NCBI GenBank assembly: GCA_024679065.1
Contig: JAGIQG010000040.1
Span: 12,214,001-12,278,000, forward strand
DNA: 64,000 nt
DNA from: Sphyrna mokarran
Taxonomy: Eukaryota
Reading direction: 5' to 3'
The notes beneath the pieces are model-generated. The model did not search any database. It was not told the DNA's origin and was given only the letters and a program-made list of their open reading frames with translations. Shown here piece after piece: positions 11,763 through 25,350 of the stretch (position 1 is the stretch's first letter; the number at the start of each line of letters is the position of its first letter). The position numbers and the translations under genes were made by a program.

Positions 11763-14636
11763 GTAAGTTTAATTTACTTCCGTTCATGTGATGTGGTTTG
11801 ACCAGCATTTATTGCCCATCCTAAATTGCTCTTCAGCAGAGGGCATTTAAGATTCACTTACCAGCCAGACAGTGTAAGAATGGCAGATTTCCTTCCCTAA
11901 AGGATATTAGTGAACCAGATGAGTTTTAATGATAATCGACAATAATTTCATTGGTCATCATTAGACTTCTAATTCTATTTCTTTAACATTCAAATTTCAC
12001 ATCTGTCATGGTGAATTTCGAACACACATCCCCATATCGGTATTCTGTGTCCTTGGATTGACAATATCACTGCGCAACTGCCTCCTCTGAGAGTGTTTTT
12101 GGATAGGAAGAACGCCCATTAAATATTACCCATCCTTTTATCACTCTCAGTGTCATCGTCCTTCAGAATGTTGTCTTTTTGAAAGATTGGCTGACTAATG
12201 ATTGAAGGTCAATTATTCTAGTATCGGGACTTCACTGCAGGAGTTCCTCAGTGTCTCAGAACCAATCAGCTTCAGTTGCTTCATTAATCACCTTCAATCT
12301 ATTGTTAACGTCGGATGTTGGGATGTTCGTTGATAACTGAACAATGTTCAGCACCATTCATGACCCCTCAGATCATGAAGTAATGCATTACAAATGCAGC
12401 AATAGCTGGACAATATCTAGGCTTAGACTGACAAGCTGCAAAAAACATTTGCACCACTCATGTTCCAGACAATGACCAACTCCAACAGGAAAGAAGGCAA
12501 CAATCGGTTCTTGTCATTTAATGGCATTACCATGACTGAAACAAAGAACAAAGAAAATTACAGCACAGGAACAGGCCCTTCGGCCTTCCAAGCCTGCAAC
12601 AGCTATGCTGCCCAGCTTAACTAAAACTCCTTACCCTTCCGGGGACCATATCCCTCTATTCCCATCCTATGCATCTATTTGCCAAGATGCCCTTAAAAAA
12701 TCACTACTGTATCTGCTTCCACTACCACTCCCAGCAACAAAATCCAGGCACCCTCCACTCTCTGTGTAAAAAAACTGTCTCACACATCTCGTTCAAACCT
12801 TGTCCCTTGTACTTAAACATATTGGTGCTAACAAATTGTCCCTAAATGAGACCTCCCCCAATCTGGCACATATGAAATTCTCTAAATTTGCACACCTTTT
12901 TTGCTGTGTCCAAGAAGCGTAGGCAAAAGTCATAGGTAGAAGAAAGATTGGAATGAAGCGCCCACTAAATGTTAAAATGGCGGCGCGGGCTTGGTGGGCC
13001 GAAGGGCCTGTTTCCTGTGCTGTGTTGTTCTTTATTCTTTGTATATGATCACTAGTAATTGAATTTTCCCCTCTGGGGGAAAAAAAAACTTCTAACTATC
13101 CCATCAGTACATGCCTCTCACAGTCTTGTAGACTTCTAAATGGTCAACGCCCACTATTAGCATCCTGAGGATTAACGTTGCTCAGAAACTGAACTGGATT
13201 ATCCGTATAAGTCTCTGACTGCAAGAGGATGTCGGAGATTGGGAATCCTGTGCTGAATAAGGTACTTTGTAATCTCCCAAATCCTCTGCACCATCCACAA
13301 GACATAATCATGACTGTGGTAGTGTATTAACCACTTGCCTGGATGAATGTAGCTCCAGAAATAGATAGAAATTTGACACAACCCAGAACATAGCAGCTCC
13401 GCTTGATTAAAAGTTTATTTATTAGTGTCACAAGTCGCTTTACATTAAACCTGCGATGAAGTTACTGTGAAAATTCTCTAAATGCCATCCTGTGCGCCTG
13501 CTCGGGGAAGCTGAGGGAGAATTTAGCATGGTCCATGCATCTTATCAGCACGTCTTTCAGACCATGGGAGGAAACCGGAGCACCTGGATCAAACCCACAC
13601 TGACATCGGGAAACATGCAGACTCTGCACAGTCAACCAAGCCCGGAATCGAACCCAGGTCCTTGACGCTATTGGTGGACTGGAGGGAAGGTGGGAGAGAT
13701 GGGGGTAGGGATGGAACAGTACTAACCATTGTGTTACTCTAGCATTAAGTGCTCCATTCTCAAACATCTACTCTTTTTCCACTACCGGTTCACATTGGTA
13801 GCAGTGTGTGCCATTCACCCGATACACAGCAGTCATTCCCCAATTCTCATCCCGCTGAATGTTCCAAACTCATGGCCGTTATCATCTCGCAGGACAAGAG
13901 CAATACATACCTGGGAACACCATTATCACTCAGCATCCTGACTTGGAAATATTTTGGCAGTTCCTTCATTGTCGCTCGGTTAAAATGGTGGAACTCCTTC
14001 CCTAAGAGCATTGTGTGTGTGTATGTACATCTCACAGGCTCATGAGGTTCAAGCAGGATACTCACAACCATCTTCTGAAGGGGGCAATTAGGGATTGGCA
14101 GTAAATGCTGACTTGCCAGTGAAGTTCAAATTCCGTAAATGACTAAAAAAATAATAAGAGAGAATCATTATAGTTCAGGGCAGTGTCCAGAACCCGCAGC
14201 TGGTGGTGTATCACCGAATTTAGGAAAATATTAAATACTAACCAGGGTACTGGAGAATCCCGCTCCTCTGGAGAAATGTCCTGATAGCATTAATCCACTG
14301 CAGAGCTGAAATCAGGCCTTGGTTTCACCACTTCTTCGGAAGACAGTGAAATACCGCCTCGATGGAATGGTCAGGATTCTGGGGTTTAATCCCTGATGGG
14401 TAATGGAACCTACACTCTTTGAACTCAGATTTGGGCCGAACTAAATGGCGGAGTTATCAATGTTTCTCCGTTTTGAATAATCAAGTGAATAAATCCAATC
14501 GTGCTGTTTCATTCTCACTTTCTTCGTGGCTATTGGTTATAACAACAGCATTATTGGAAGTGATATTGAGAACAAACATGGTCACAGTAATGTCACTTAT
14601 TCACTGAATAAGTCAGTTTGTTTTGTGTCCTTCCAG

Positions 14637-14684
14637 ATCAAACTAAATGCCTTAAAAATGGATATGATTCCTCAACAGAAAACG
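14637..14684 (+). CDS. TRDC: TCR C exon 2, connecting peptide (DQTKCLKNGYDSSTEN), copy A
   Basis: TTCCAG| acceptor, G|GTATGT donor, 48 nt, phase 1/1, interchain Cys. Conserved in the inverted copy. Confidence 0.85.
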
Positions 14685-15173
14685 GTATGTGTTTTATTCA
14701 ACATTTATCAATGGAAAATACTGCAAATAGACCGATTGATAATTGAGAGATAGGCAGGGGTACAGACCCGGATATCGCATGATAAAGAGAAAGAGAGATG
14801 GAGAGAAAGATAGATCGTCACACAGAGTGAGGGAGAGAGAGGTATAAATCGAGGAATGGGGTGTATGGAGTGGAGGTGGGGGGCAAGAAAGAGTGAGGGG
14901 GGGAGAGAGAGAGAGAGAGGGAGAGAGAGAGAAAGAGAGAGAGAGAGAGGGAGAGAGAGAGAGAGATTCAGAGTGAAAGACAGATGAAGATAGGTCGACA
15001 GCAGGCACGTAGGCGGGCTGGTGGACAGACGGGCGGACAGGATGGACAGACAGACGAAAGTCAAGCAGTTAGATAATGGAAAAGAAACACATTAATGTTA
15101 TACATTTCTTTTTCAGTTCAAAGTGATATATGTACCAAACCAGATCTATCATTTGTTTCTCTCATTTTGGCAG

Positions 15174-15284
15174 ATCGACTGAGGGCGAACTTTTTGTCTT
15201 TGATGGTGATGGGGCTAAGAATTTTGTTTCTCAAGAGCATTGTCTTCAGTGTCCTGATGACGGCCAGGGTGTGGTTATTTTGAG
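15174..15284 (+). CDS. TRDC: TCR C exon 3, transmembrane/cytoplasmic (DRLRANFLSLMVMGLRILFLKSIVFSVLMTARVWLF*), copy A
   Basis: alpha/delta-type TM with R and K (GLRILFLK). CAG| acceptor. Stop is followed by G|GTAAGA donor. Confidence 0.93.
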
Positions 15285-15781
15285 GTAAGATCGGTCACCT
15301 AAATGCCTGCCCAGAAAGACAAAGTGTGATGGACACAGTCCATTGACGGGGCCTCGTGAGGTCACTGTTAAGGCAGCGCTGAAGCTAACCCGTGGAGTGA
15401 ACAGTAACTTGGATACATTTAGACAAACGGACTCTTCCCCCAGTGCCCCATCCTCATCGCTTTTCATCCCGTCAACCCCCGCCCCCAGTCGCAGCCTTGA
15501 CTTCTTAAACCTCTCCAGAGTTGTGTTTAATTATGGGTGTCACTGACAGACCAGCCTTTTACACCCATCCTCTGGGCTTGAGCTGTGTGGCACTTTCAGA
15601 GACTCAGTGCAGACTCTGTGAGCCAAATCGCATCCTTCTGCACTGTAGGGATTTTTGTGCACTTGCATTGGCTTCTGAGAATATTAATGGAGCAGGTTAA
15701 TGGTGACTTTAAAGATAAAACGTGTTCTTTTCTTGCTGATCTTTGATGTTCTCCCATTGTTGTTCCTTTCATTCCAAACAG

Positions 15782-17035
15782 AACTGCGTTGGAAGATTAA
15801 ATGGATTCAGATATGAACTCATTGACTGGGACATCAAAATCCAGACACTTCCTGATCATAGATTCCACTTCAAGCAATTCAAACTCGCTTGTTTTAAATG
15901 GAAGCGTAACTTTTAAATATCCTCATTTGGGTAACATTTTTCCACTGTTATTTTGATTTGAAACTTGTGCTTCTGCATGAATTCTACTGCTTATGCGACA
16001 CAAACATTTCAATTATGCATTTCAGCAACAGCGTGGAGCTCACATTTATATGGTTTCTGCCTGCATTAGTGTCGGAGACATTTTTGAAAGCAGCATTTTC
16101 AATTTTAGGACACATAGAACTTCGATTTTTATATTCTTTCCTTAGAATAGTAGAATTCTATTACAGAAAAAAAACAGCCACTCAACGCACAGTGACAGTC
16201 CCAGCGTCTTCACGGGGCAATCTAGCTAATGGCACCTCAAGTTCCTTTTTGGCTGTTTTATTCTGGTAGTTATTTTAAACAGCAAGGGTCTGATCGGATT
16301 TTCATCAAACTCAATCACTCAGTAGTTAGATTTGAATGGTGAGGAGGGAGGCTGGTTTTGAAATGCCCCCTAACTGATCCATTCAGCTTTAATCAGTCTC
16401 TGTGTTTTTTTAAGTATTTCAAGAGCTAGTGGAGGAAAGGGTGAGTTTGACAGCCTGGAGTTACTTCTCTGAATCAAAGGAAGTCAATCAGAGCGAATAT
16501 CAGGCAGCTAGTGGGATGCCACCCGCTTTTAGATTGTAGCCAAGGTGATATTCTCACTCCCGCACTGAATCTTGGACTCCAGATTTTCCTCCCAGTGTCA
16601 CGGAGGCACCAAACCCCAGGCTGTACATCCGGCTCCTTAGAGATAATCGAGCCCCCCTCTCCCACTGTGCAGAGCTTCATCATCACACGGCATCTCACAA
16701 ATAAGATGAGCAAGAGTTTTTAAATATCTCGCCATTAGCTTAGCCTAAAATCAGGTTATTGCGCTCAGGTTATTTCACAGATGGGACATTCAGACACATT
16801 TAAGACCGTCTGGTTAATCAGGGGAAGAGAGAGCACTGGGGAGAAGGTGGTAAAGTGGAGTTGGGGATGATATTAAATCAGCCATGATTTCATTGAACGG
16901 TGAAGCAGAGCCGATGGGCTGAATGGTCCACTTCAGCTGCTTCACCTTATGCTCTTCTGGTTCGTTAATCACACTTTTGTTCATATCTGTAACCTTGTTC
17001 TTTTATCATGTGCATTGTTATTAATATTGAATAAA
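15782..17035 (+). other. Probable TCR C exon 4 (3' UTR) to a candidate polyA signal
   Basis: Long pyrimidine tract and ACAG| acceptor at 15781. AATAAA at 17030-17035, also present in the inverted arm. The 3' end is uncertain. Confidence 0.55.
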
Positions 17036-17259
17036 TCTGCAGTCTTTACTGAAGGATGTCTTCTGTCTCTTTGTTAACGCGATGGTAAGACATGCATTTG
17101 GTATGGTCAACAGAGCGCACTTGACGTCGCGCAGCGCAAATAGAGGCCATTCGCTCCATCATGAGAATACTGGCTCCTTATGGCAGATCCCGTCAATTGA
17201 ACCCTGGTCTCAGGACTGAGGTTCATTCGTTCAATAGCCATTCCAGTACAAAAAACAAC

Positions 17260-18120
17260 AAGAAAAGAAAATTACAGCGCAGGAATAGGAATTTTGCCCT
17301 CCAATCCTGCACCAACCACACTGCCCGACTGAACTAAAACCCATTACTCTTCCTGGGACCACATCCTTTTATTTCCATCCTAGGCATGTATTGTTAAGGC
17401 GCCCTTTAAAACTCACTACTGTATCCACTTCCACCTTTTGTGTAAAAAAAAATGCCTCTTATAAACCTTGCTGCTCCCACCTTAAACCTATGCCCCCTGG
17501 CAATTGATTCTTCCAGTCTGGGAAAAACCTTCTGACTATCCTTTCTGTCCATGCCTCTTATAATCTTCTAGCTAATTATCAGGCCACCCCCTCAACCTCT
17601 GTTGTTCCAGTGAGAACAATTCAAATTTCTCCAACTTTTCCTCATCGCGAATGCCCTCCACACCAGGTAACATTCTGGTAAATATTTTGTGGACCCTCTC
17701 CAAAGTGTCCACATCTTGCTGGTAGTGTGGGCGACCAGAATTGAACATTATATTCCAAGTGCAGACTAACTAAGATTCTTTAAGTCTGCAACATGACTTG
17801 CCAATTTTTAATCTCATTGCCCCGTGTGCCTCCTTGACTACCTTCTCCAGCTGGATTGCCATTTTCAATGACCTGAGTATCTGTACACCCAGATCTCTTT
17901 GCCTATCAATACACTTAAGGGTTCTGCCATTTACTGTATATTTCATTTCTGTTTTCGACCTTCCAAAATGCATTACCTCACATTTGTCCAGATTAAGCTC
18001 CATCTGCTATCCCTTCGATCAAGCTTCCAACGGATCTATATCCTGCTGTATTCTCTGATGGTCCTCATCACTATCCACAAATGAAGAACCTTTGTGAAGT
18101 CTTGAAATTACTAATCAATT
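17260..18120 (-). mobile_element. CR1 LINE 3' fragment (shared with right arm ~59810-60690)
   Basis: MELNLDKCEVMHFGRS ORF. Predates the duplication. Confidence 0.8.
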
Positions 18121-19509
18121 CAATTAGATATATGTACATATATTTGCAAACAGCAATGGTGCCAGCAGTGATCCCTGAGAAAAGCCCTTGTCACAGCCCT
18201 CCATTCAGGAATGTTTGGTTTTGGTGGTCTTATCATTATTCTGCTGTCTCCACAACCCCCTTCTCCCCCACCCAGCCCCTCCCTCCCACCCGCCTTAAAA
18301 TATAACAACGAAAAACAATGGGAATTAAGGTAATGGGAGAGGGGAAGCTTCCTAATAGGAATGAGGGAATTGAGGAGCTAACCACACCAGGCTGGGAAAG
18401 CGAGAAGAATCCCAAAATGTTCCCAACACCCAAAGGGAAACGTTCTTCCTCTGCCCAGTTTAACTACAACGGCCAAAGTGGTAATTCGGACCATTTGGGA
18501 TGGGCTATAAATGTTGGCCAGGCCAGCGACTCCCACACGCAAAGTATTTGTTACTTCACTCATTGGTAAGTGCATTGGGTGCAGGGCCAGAATCTATTTC
18601 CCATCCCGAATCACCATTGAACCGTGTGGTTTGCATTGACCGTGCTGTTGTACGTGAAGTGAGCCAGATGGGCTTTAACAACAAGTGACTCATGGTTCGA
18701 TTGTTGAATTCCAGATTGTTTTTATTGAATTCAGGTTTCTGTAACTGACATGGCTGGAATTCAATTCTCATGTGTGCTCAAAACATTAGCTCTGGCTTTC
18801 TGGATTAATAACCATGCCATTATAAGATGCTGTTATAACAACCCTGAAGGGGAAGGGAAGAACAATTTATCATGATGGGTTTTGTGTCCGTGTTAAAATA
18901 GAATTGTAGAAACAATACATTGCAGAAAGCGGCCATTCGTTCCAACGAGTCTGCACTGACTCTCTGAAAGAGAAATCAATCCAGACCCTCCCCTCAGCCC
19001 ACGGTCAATCCTGCACATCTGTGGGACACAAAGGTGCATTTTGGCATGGCCAATACACCCAACCTGCACATCCTTGGGCTGAGGTAGGAGACTAGAGCAT
19101 CCGAATAAAACCGATGCAGACACGGGGAGAACGTGCAAATTTAAGACAGGCAGCTCCCCAAGGCTGGATTCGAACCAGTGTCTCTGGCACTGCAGAGGTA
19201 ACCGCTGTGCTTAGGACTCTGGATGACTTGCCCAGAGACAGTTCTTCCTAGCATCAAACTTTAGTGTGACTGCTCAACCTGTATTTGGTATTTTAAGAGG
19301 AATGATCCAGCTCTCTTACAGGAATGACACAAATTACATTCCCAGTCTCGAAGTTCACGTTCTGAAAATCCTACCAGTGTTTATTTTTTTCTGCTTCTTG
19401 GCAGCGGGAGGGTTAATCGACTTGGCGTTGCTTATTTTGATAGAAACTGTTGAGATGTAATGATACATGCGCTCACTGCTGATTGGGGGAACCAGGGTCT
19501 GGTTGACAA

Positions 19510-19695
19510 GGTGACCAACGGCAGAAAGAAGTCCGCCGAGTGTGCGGTTTCACTCAACAGCTCGCTGAGCCTCTCAGTTTGTTCAAAGAGCAGAGCTTGT
19601 GGTTTAATCACCCGGGACTGGAAACTCCAACAGCGAGATGGCAGTTAGGCAGAGCCGGGGGGAGTGGTGAGAGGCCAGATGTTGCCAACTGTCAA
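19510..19695. promoter_or_regulatory. Candidate T-cell enhancer (RUNX x2, MYB x3, TCF/LEF, E-box)
   Basis: CAACGG 19516, TGCGGT 19543, TTCAAAG 19582, TGTGGTTT 19598, CAGTTA 19642, CAGATG 19676, CAACTG 19686. All retained in the right arm. Confidence 0.55.
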
Positions 19696-22600
19696 CAAGC
19701 CTGAATCTTTTCAGAGACTTTCCCAGCGACTGAAGCTGCAGGAGATTTCTGCAGAAGACAGTTCCAAAGGCACGCAGGCATCTGAAAGAAGAAACAATTC
19801 TTTACTTCTCTCTCTTTCCAATCTGTCCCGGAAAGTGAAACATTCCGTCAGCTTCCACTCTAACACCGCTGCTCCCATCACCTCTCCGACTCCCCCCCGC
19901 CCCTCCAAAGGATCAGATATGTTTCAAAAATCATCACTCAATCTTCTGTACTCCGATGGATTCTATCCGATCTTTCCTCGTATAACCCCGTCCCAAGTCC
20001 CCAATCAGGTCGAGCGGAAACACTTTCTTCCCAGCCTTAAGCTAGAAAATCTGCGGTCTTTCCACAGTCTGGCCTTCATGTGACTCCCTGATACACAGCA
20101 TTTTTATTCTTTCATGGAACATGGACGTTTATTGTCCATCTCTAGTTGCCCTTAGAGGGCAGTTTACAGTCAACCACATTGCTGTGGCTCCAGATTCACG
20201 TGTTGGCCAAACCAGGGAAGCACGGCAGGTTTCCTTCCCTAAAGGATACAGTGACCCAGATGTTTTTTTTATCTCTGACAATTGACAAAGATTTCACTCT
20301 CATCAGTAGATTCGACGTTTCAGATATTTTTATTGAATTGGGTTTCAAACAGGGGAACCCAGAAGATTGGCTGATTTTATGAATTGATACTCTAGCGATA
20401 ATACCACCACACCGTTCCCTTCCCTGTTTGACTGTAAACTATCATCTGAGATGGTCATTAGCAAACTACACTGTTCAAATGCAATTAGCAAGAGCCAAAA
20501 CAAAACCAGAAAATGCAGGAAAAGTTCTGCAGCTCGAACATCATTTGTGAAGAGAGCATAGTGTTAACTTTCAAGTCCAGATGGCCCTGACGAATTCTCA
20601 TCCGGACTCTAAACATTGGTTCTATTCTCTCTCCGCAGATACTGTCAGACCCACTGAGATGTTCCAAAACGTTCTGGTTTTGTTTTGTATTAAGGATTCC
20701 GCCGTAATTTGCATTTCAGGCTAGCAACAATTTTTGGCCCTGCGAACATCAATCCTCGACAAATGAATGAAAATTATTGAGAAAGAATCTAAGAATTAAC
20801 AAGTTCCCGTTTAGCCGGTTATTTAGGGAACAACCATTAATGAATCAAATGAAAGTGTTACACTCCAGTCAATCCTGTTACTCATCCAATTTATATATTC
20901 AGAATCGAGGCAATTCGGCCTAACGAGCACTATTGCTATCTCAATGAGCTAAAAAAAAACTGTATTTGCTGTTGGGACATGTCCCTCTGCATGTTATATT
21001 TTCCAACTTGTAATCATTCTCTTTTGAAAGTCACCCCAGAAAATGTTTACTCTGGTCTTTGAGACAATGAATCATAGAGCCTAACAGTTGGCAATGTAAA
21101 CCCGACTTGCTCATTATCGATTTCAGGAACAGTTTTTGTTATGTCTGTTACACGTGCACCTTACTAAGCCGCTGTGAAATTTTGATATGTATACAGTAAC
21201 ATACAGGCTACTGAGAAATAGCAGTTTGTCACTTGGTCTCTTTCTCCCTGCTCTGCCAGTAAACAAGATTACAGCTGATCTTATTATAAGCTTCTGCCTA
21301 CATGAGCACATTTCACCCTTCTTGTTTACTAAGAATCCAGCTCCTTCTGCCTTTAGAAATATTGAAAGTCTGCTTCCACTGCCTTCTGAGGGAGGGACTT
21401 CCAGGGACACATGACCCTCTGAGAGGAAAATCTTCCCATGCTTCTCTCTCCCAAATGTGCCACCCCCTTTTTTCTAAAGCCTGTCCTTGGGACTTCACTG
21501 GAGCATTGGAGCAGACTAAGGAGGGACTCGTAGGCAGGGAGAGCGAGGATGAAAACAGGCTGAGTTGGAATTCTAAAAAATGAGCCCCGCATTTCTTTTC
21601 AGGGAAGAAACCAGCATAGGCCAAAGTGCAGCATTTCAGACAAAAACAGGAAACGCTGCCTGCATTAAACCAGTCAGTAACTGTGTAAGTGAGAAACCGA
21701 GTTCAGGTTTCAGATTAATGTATTTGCATGAGGGTTGGAAGATGTAAGAGATGAACAGTTTATTTTTAATTTTTCTACACCATATGGTTGCTGCAGCCTC
21801 TCGCCTCTTGTGTAACTGGATGTATCAGAAGATAGGCAAATGTTGGCCACATTTCTCGAGGTCTTGTCTCACACACAATCCAGGTTGTAGACAGATTTCC
21901 TTTCTGAAAGAACACAAAAACTGGAAGCAGGAATAGGCCTGATGCCTTTCAATAAAAACATAGCTGATCTTTTTGTAGACTCAACTCCACTTACTCTCCT
22001 GCTTACCATAACCCTGAATACCTTTACTGCTCAAAAATCTATCTTTACCTTAAAACTGTTTAACGAAGTAGCCACAGCTATTTCACTGGGCAGGAATTTA
22101 TACAGATTCACAGCGATTTAGGTGATGAGGTTCCTCCTCAACACAATCCAAAATCACTTCGTCTTTATTTTGAAGTCTTGTCCCTTAGTTCTAATTTCAT
22201 CTGCCAGTGGAAACAGCATCCTTGCTGCTACCATATTTATTTCCTTGTTTCCATAAGACCACCCTCACCCCAATTTTCTTCCAAACCCCAATGAGTATTG
22301 GTGCAGAACTGGTGCACAGAAAGTGCTATTGCAACAACAGATGACAATTTTCTTAAGGTATCTAATATTCAGCCGAATTTTCAATTCTACATTTTTATTA
22401 ATTAAATTTAAGTTACACTTGTCACCGTTGGTGGGATTTGAATTCGTGGGCCCAGAGCGCTCGACAATACTTTCTCAAGACACAGCCATTACCACGATAA
22501 AATCATAAGGTCAGCAGATACCTGGGAACATCATCAAAAGGAGATTCACTCTCCAAGTCACTCACCATCCTGACTTGAAAATATAGCGGCCGTTCCTTCG

Positions 22601-23319
22601 GTACTGTTGGGTCCTAATCCTGGAATTGTCAGAATTTTATATCTTTCAATGAGACCTCCCATTCTTCTGAATTTCATTGAATGCACGTTTCAATCTCTCT
22701 TCAGAAGACATGTATCAGTCTGGTGAACTTTTGGTGCACCCCATCTATCCCAAGTATATTCTTTCTCACCTACCTGTGTATACCTGGATTGACGGTGCAC
22801 TGACATATTGGTTAGAACTATTGTATCATAGCATCAGGAACCCAGGTTTGATTCCGGGCTTCAGTCGTTGTCCGTGCGGAGTCCGCATGTTGTCCCTGTA
22901 GGTTTTCTTTGGTTGTTCCGGTTTCCTCCCACAGTTTGAAAGATGTACTGGTTGGGAACATTGACAATGCTAAATTCTACACTAATGTACTTGAACAGGC
23001 GCCAGATTGTGACCAATAGAGGATTATCACAGTGACATTATTGCAATATTAATGAAAGCCTACCTGTGACACAAGTAAGTAAACTTAAAAGATATTTTTG
23101 AATTCAAAAATTCACATTGCATTCGGTGCACTGAGGGTGCTATGTGGGGAATGAATTGAGCCCGTATGCCTATAATATTAGTCTGGGACAGTTCAGTGTC
23201 ATGGTCACTGTCCTACGATCTCTACCTTCCAAATATGCTATTCAGTTTTGAGTGAATGATTAAACAACCTACTTGAATGCATGAACATTTCTGTTTCAGT
23301 GTCCAGATGCGCTCTACGT

Positions 23320-23337
23320 CCGCCCCCTTCTGACTGC
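23320..23337 (-). promoter_or_regulatory. CTCF-like motif (GCAGTCAGAAGGGGGCGG)
   Basis: Resembles the CCASYAGRKGGCRS consensus. The right-arm copy reads TCAGCAGGGGGCGG. Confidence 0.4.
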
Positions 23338-23571
23338 CCATTGCACAGCGGGAACAGGCAGATGTCACGATTCTCTCTGTTTTTTTTTTCCCCTCTGGAT
23401 GATCAGAGATGCTGAAATTAATACAACGCAAACATTCAGCTGCAGACAACCAGAACCAAAATTACAACTACAGAGTCCAAAAGCAGAGCTTCAAAGGCAT
23501 ATATTGGGCTGTTTCGGTAGTTTCAGGACATGGAAATTAATCTGTTCTTATGTGTGCTGTAGATATGAACT

Positions 23572-24833
23572 TTTGTGAAGGGTAGGTCGCGCCTTACTAA
23601 CCTCATTGAGTTTTTTGAAAAAGTGACTAAAGAGGTAGATGGGGGTAAGGCGGTTGATGTGGTATACATGGACTTTAGTAAGGCGTTTGATAAGGTGGCC
23701 CATGGAAGACTTCTGCAGAAAATGCAGATGTAGGGGATAGAGGGTGATTTAGCTAATTGGATTAGGAATTGGCTAGCAGATAGAAGACAGAGGGTGGTGG
23801 TTGATGGGAGATATTCATCTTGGAGTTCGGTGACAAGAGGTGTACCTCAGGGGGCTGTTTTGGGGCCCCTGCTGTTTGTAATTTTTATAAATGATCTGGA
23901 TGAGGGTATTGAGGGATGGATCAGTAAATTTGCAGATGACACTAAAGTCGGTGGAGTGGTAGATAGTGAAGAGGGGTGTTATAGTTTGCAGAGAGACTTG
24001 GACAAGTTGCACAGCTGGGCCGAGAGGTGGCAAATGGAGTTTAATGTGGAAAAGTGTGAGGTAATGCACTATTGCAGAAATAATAAATGTGTAGAGTATA
24101 GGGCAAATGGTAGGATTCTTAGTAGTCTAGATGAACAGAGGGATCTTGGTGTGTATGTGCATAGATCCCTGAAGGTAGGCAGTCAGGTCGAGAAGGTTGT
24201 TAGGAAGGCATATGGAGTCTTGGCTTTTATTGGTAGAGGGATTGAATTTCGGAGCCGCAACGTTATGTTGCAACTGTACAAAACTCTAGTGCGGCCGCAC
24301 TTGGAGTATTGTGTGCAGTTCTGGTCCCCCCATTATAAGAAAGATGTGGAGGCATTGGAGAGGGTACAGAGGAGGTTTACCAGGATGTTGCCTGGTAATG
24401 GAGGGCAGGTCTTATGAGGAGAGGCTGAGGGATTTGAGGTTGTTTTCGTTAGAAAGGAGGAGGCTAAGAGGGCACCTGATCGAAACATATAAGATGATTA
24501 GAGGTTTAGATAGGGTGGACAGTGATAGCCTTTTTCCTAGGATGGAAAAAGCTAGCACGAGGGGACACATCTTTAAATTAAGGGGTGATAGTTATAGGAC
24601 GGATATCAGAGGCAGGTTCTTTACCCAAAGGGTGGTTAAGGAGTGGAATGCCCTGCCTGCAGCAGTTGTAGATGCGCCAAGTTTGGTGGCGTTTAAGAGG
24701 TTAGTTGATAAGTATATGGAAGAGAGGGAATGGTTTAGTTTGGAGGGGCATTGCTTTTTATATTGGTCGGCGCAACATCGAAGGCCGAAGGGCCTGTTCT
24801 GTGCTGTAATGTTCTATGTTCTATGTTCTATGT
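23572..24833 (+). mobile_element. CR1 LINE family A, left arm only
   Basis: RT ORFs 23794-24850 and (TTCTATG)n tail. The empty site is seen at ~54372-54390. Confidence 0.92.
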
Positions 24834-24954
24834 TCACGGCTCAGCGCTGAAAGAGCTAATGGAAAAGTGAACATGCGCTGAGCAAGAGCTACTATAAATG
24901 TTTCAATGCAAGTAAGAGCAGAAGCTTTGCAGTTCATGGAGTATAGTGGGCAAT

Positions 24955-25141
24955 CTCTCTCTCTCTCACACACACACACGCATACTCACACTCATACACA
25001 CATTCTCTCTCTCACGCACACATAATTTCACACACGCACATACACACACTCAAACAAACACGCACACAGGAAAACGCACACTCAACCATGCACACACATT
25101 CAGACAACAACGCAAACTCTCTTAGACAAAAGCTGACACAG

Positions 25142-25175
<34 letters not shown>

Positions 25176-25350
25176 GTACACACTCTCAGATAACACATAT
25201 ATAAAGACACTCAATCAAGGACACAGAAACACAAATAGACAGAGCAGACACTAATGCTGACACAAACTCAGACACACATACACACACACACTGCCTTTCA
25301 GCTAAATACACACATTCAGATAAACAAACAGACACAGACACACACAAGCA
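24955..25350. repeat. (CA)n-rich low-complexity tract (mirror at ~53125-53530)
   Basis: Direct inspection. Confidence 0.85.

Noticed and set aside
14694-15064. Ser/Leu-rich ORFs
   Set aside because: Translations of a (GA)n microsatellite in the intron.
11460-15284. C region as TCR-alpha or Ig light chain
   Set aside because: It has a TM exon with R and K, so it is not a light chain. The full two-Cys domain and the small J array fit delta better than alpha.
19664-22000. Short ORFs apparently conserved at two places in the window
   Set aside because: They recur only because of the inverted duplication. They show no domains, and some are frameshifted between arms.
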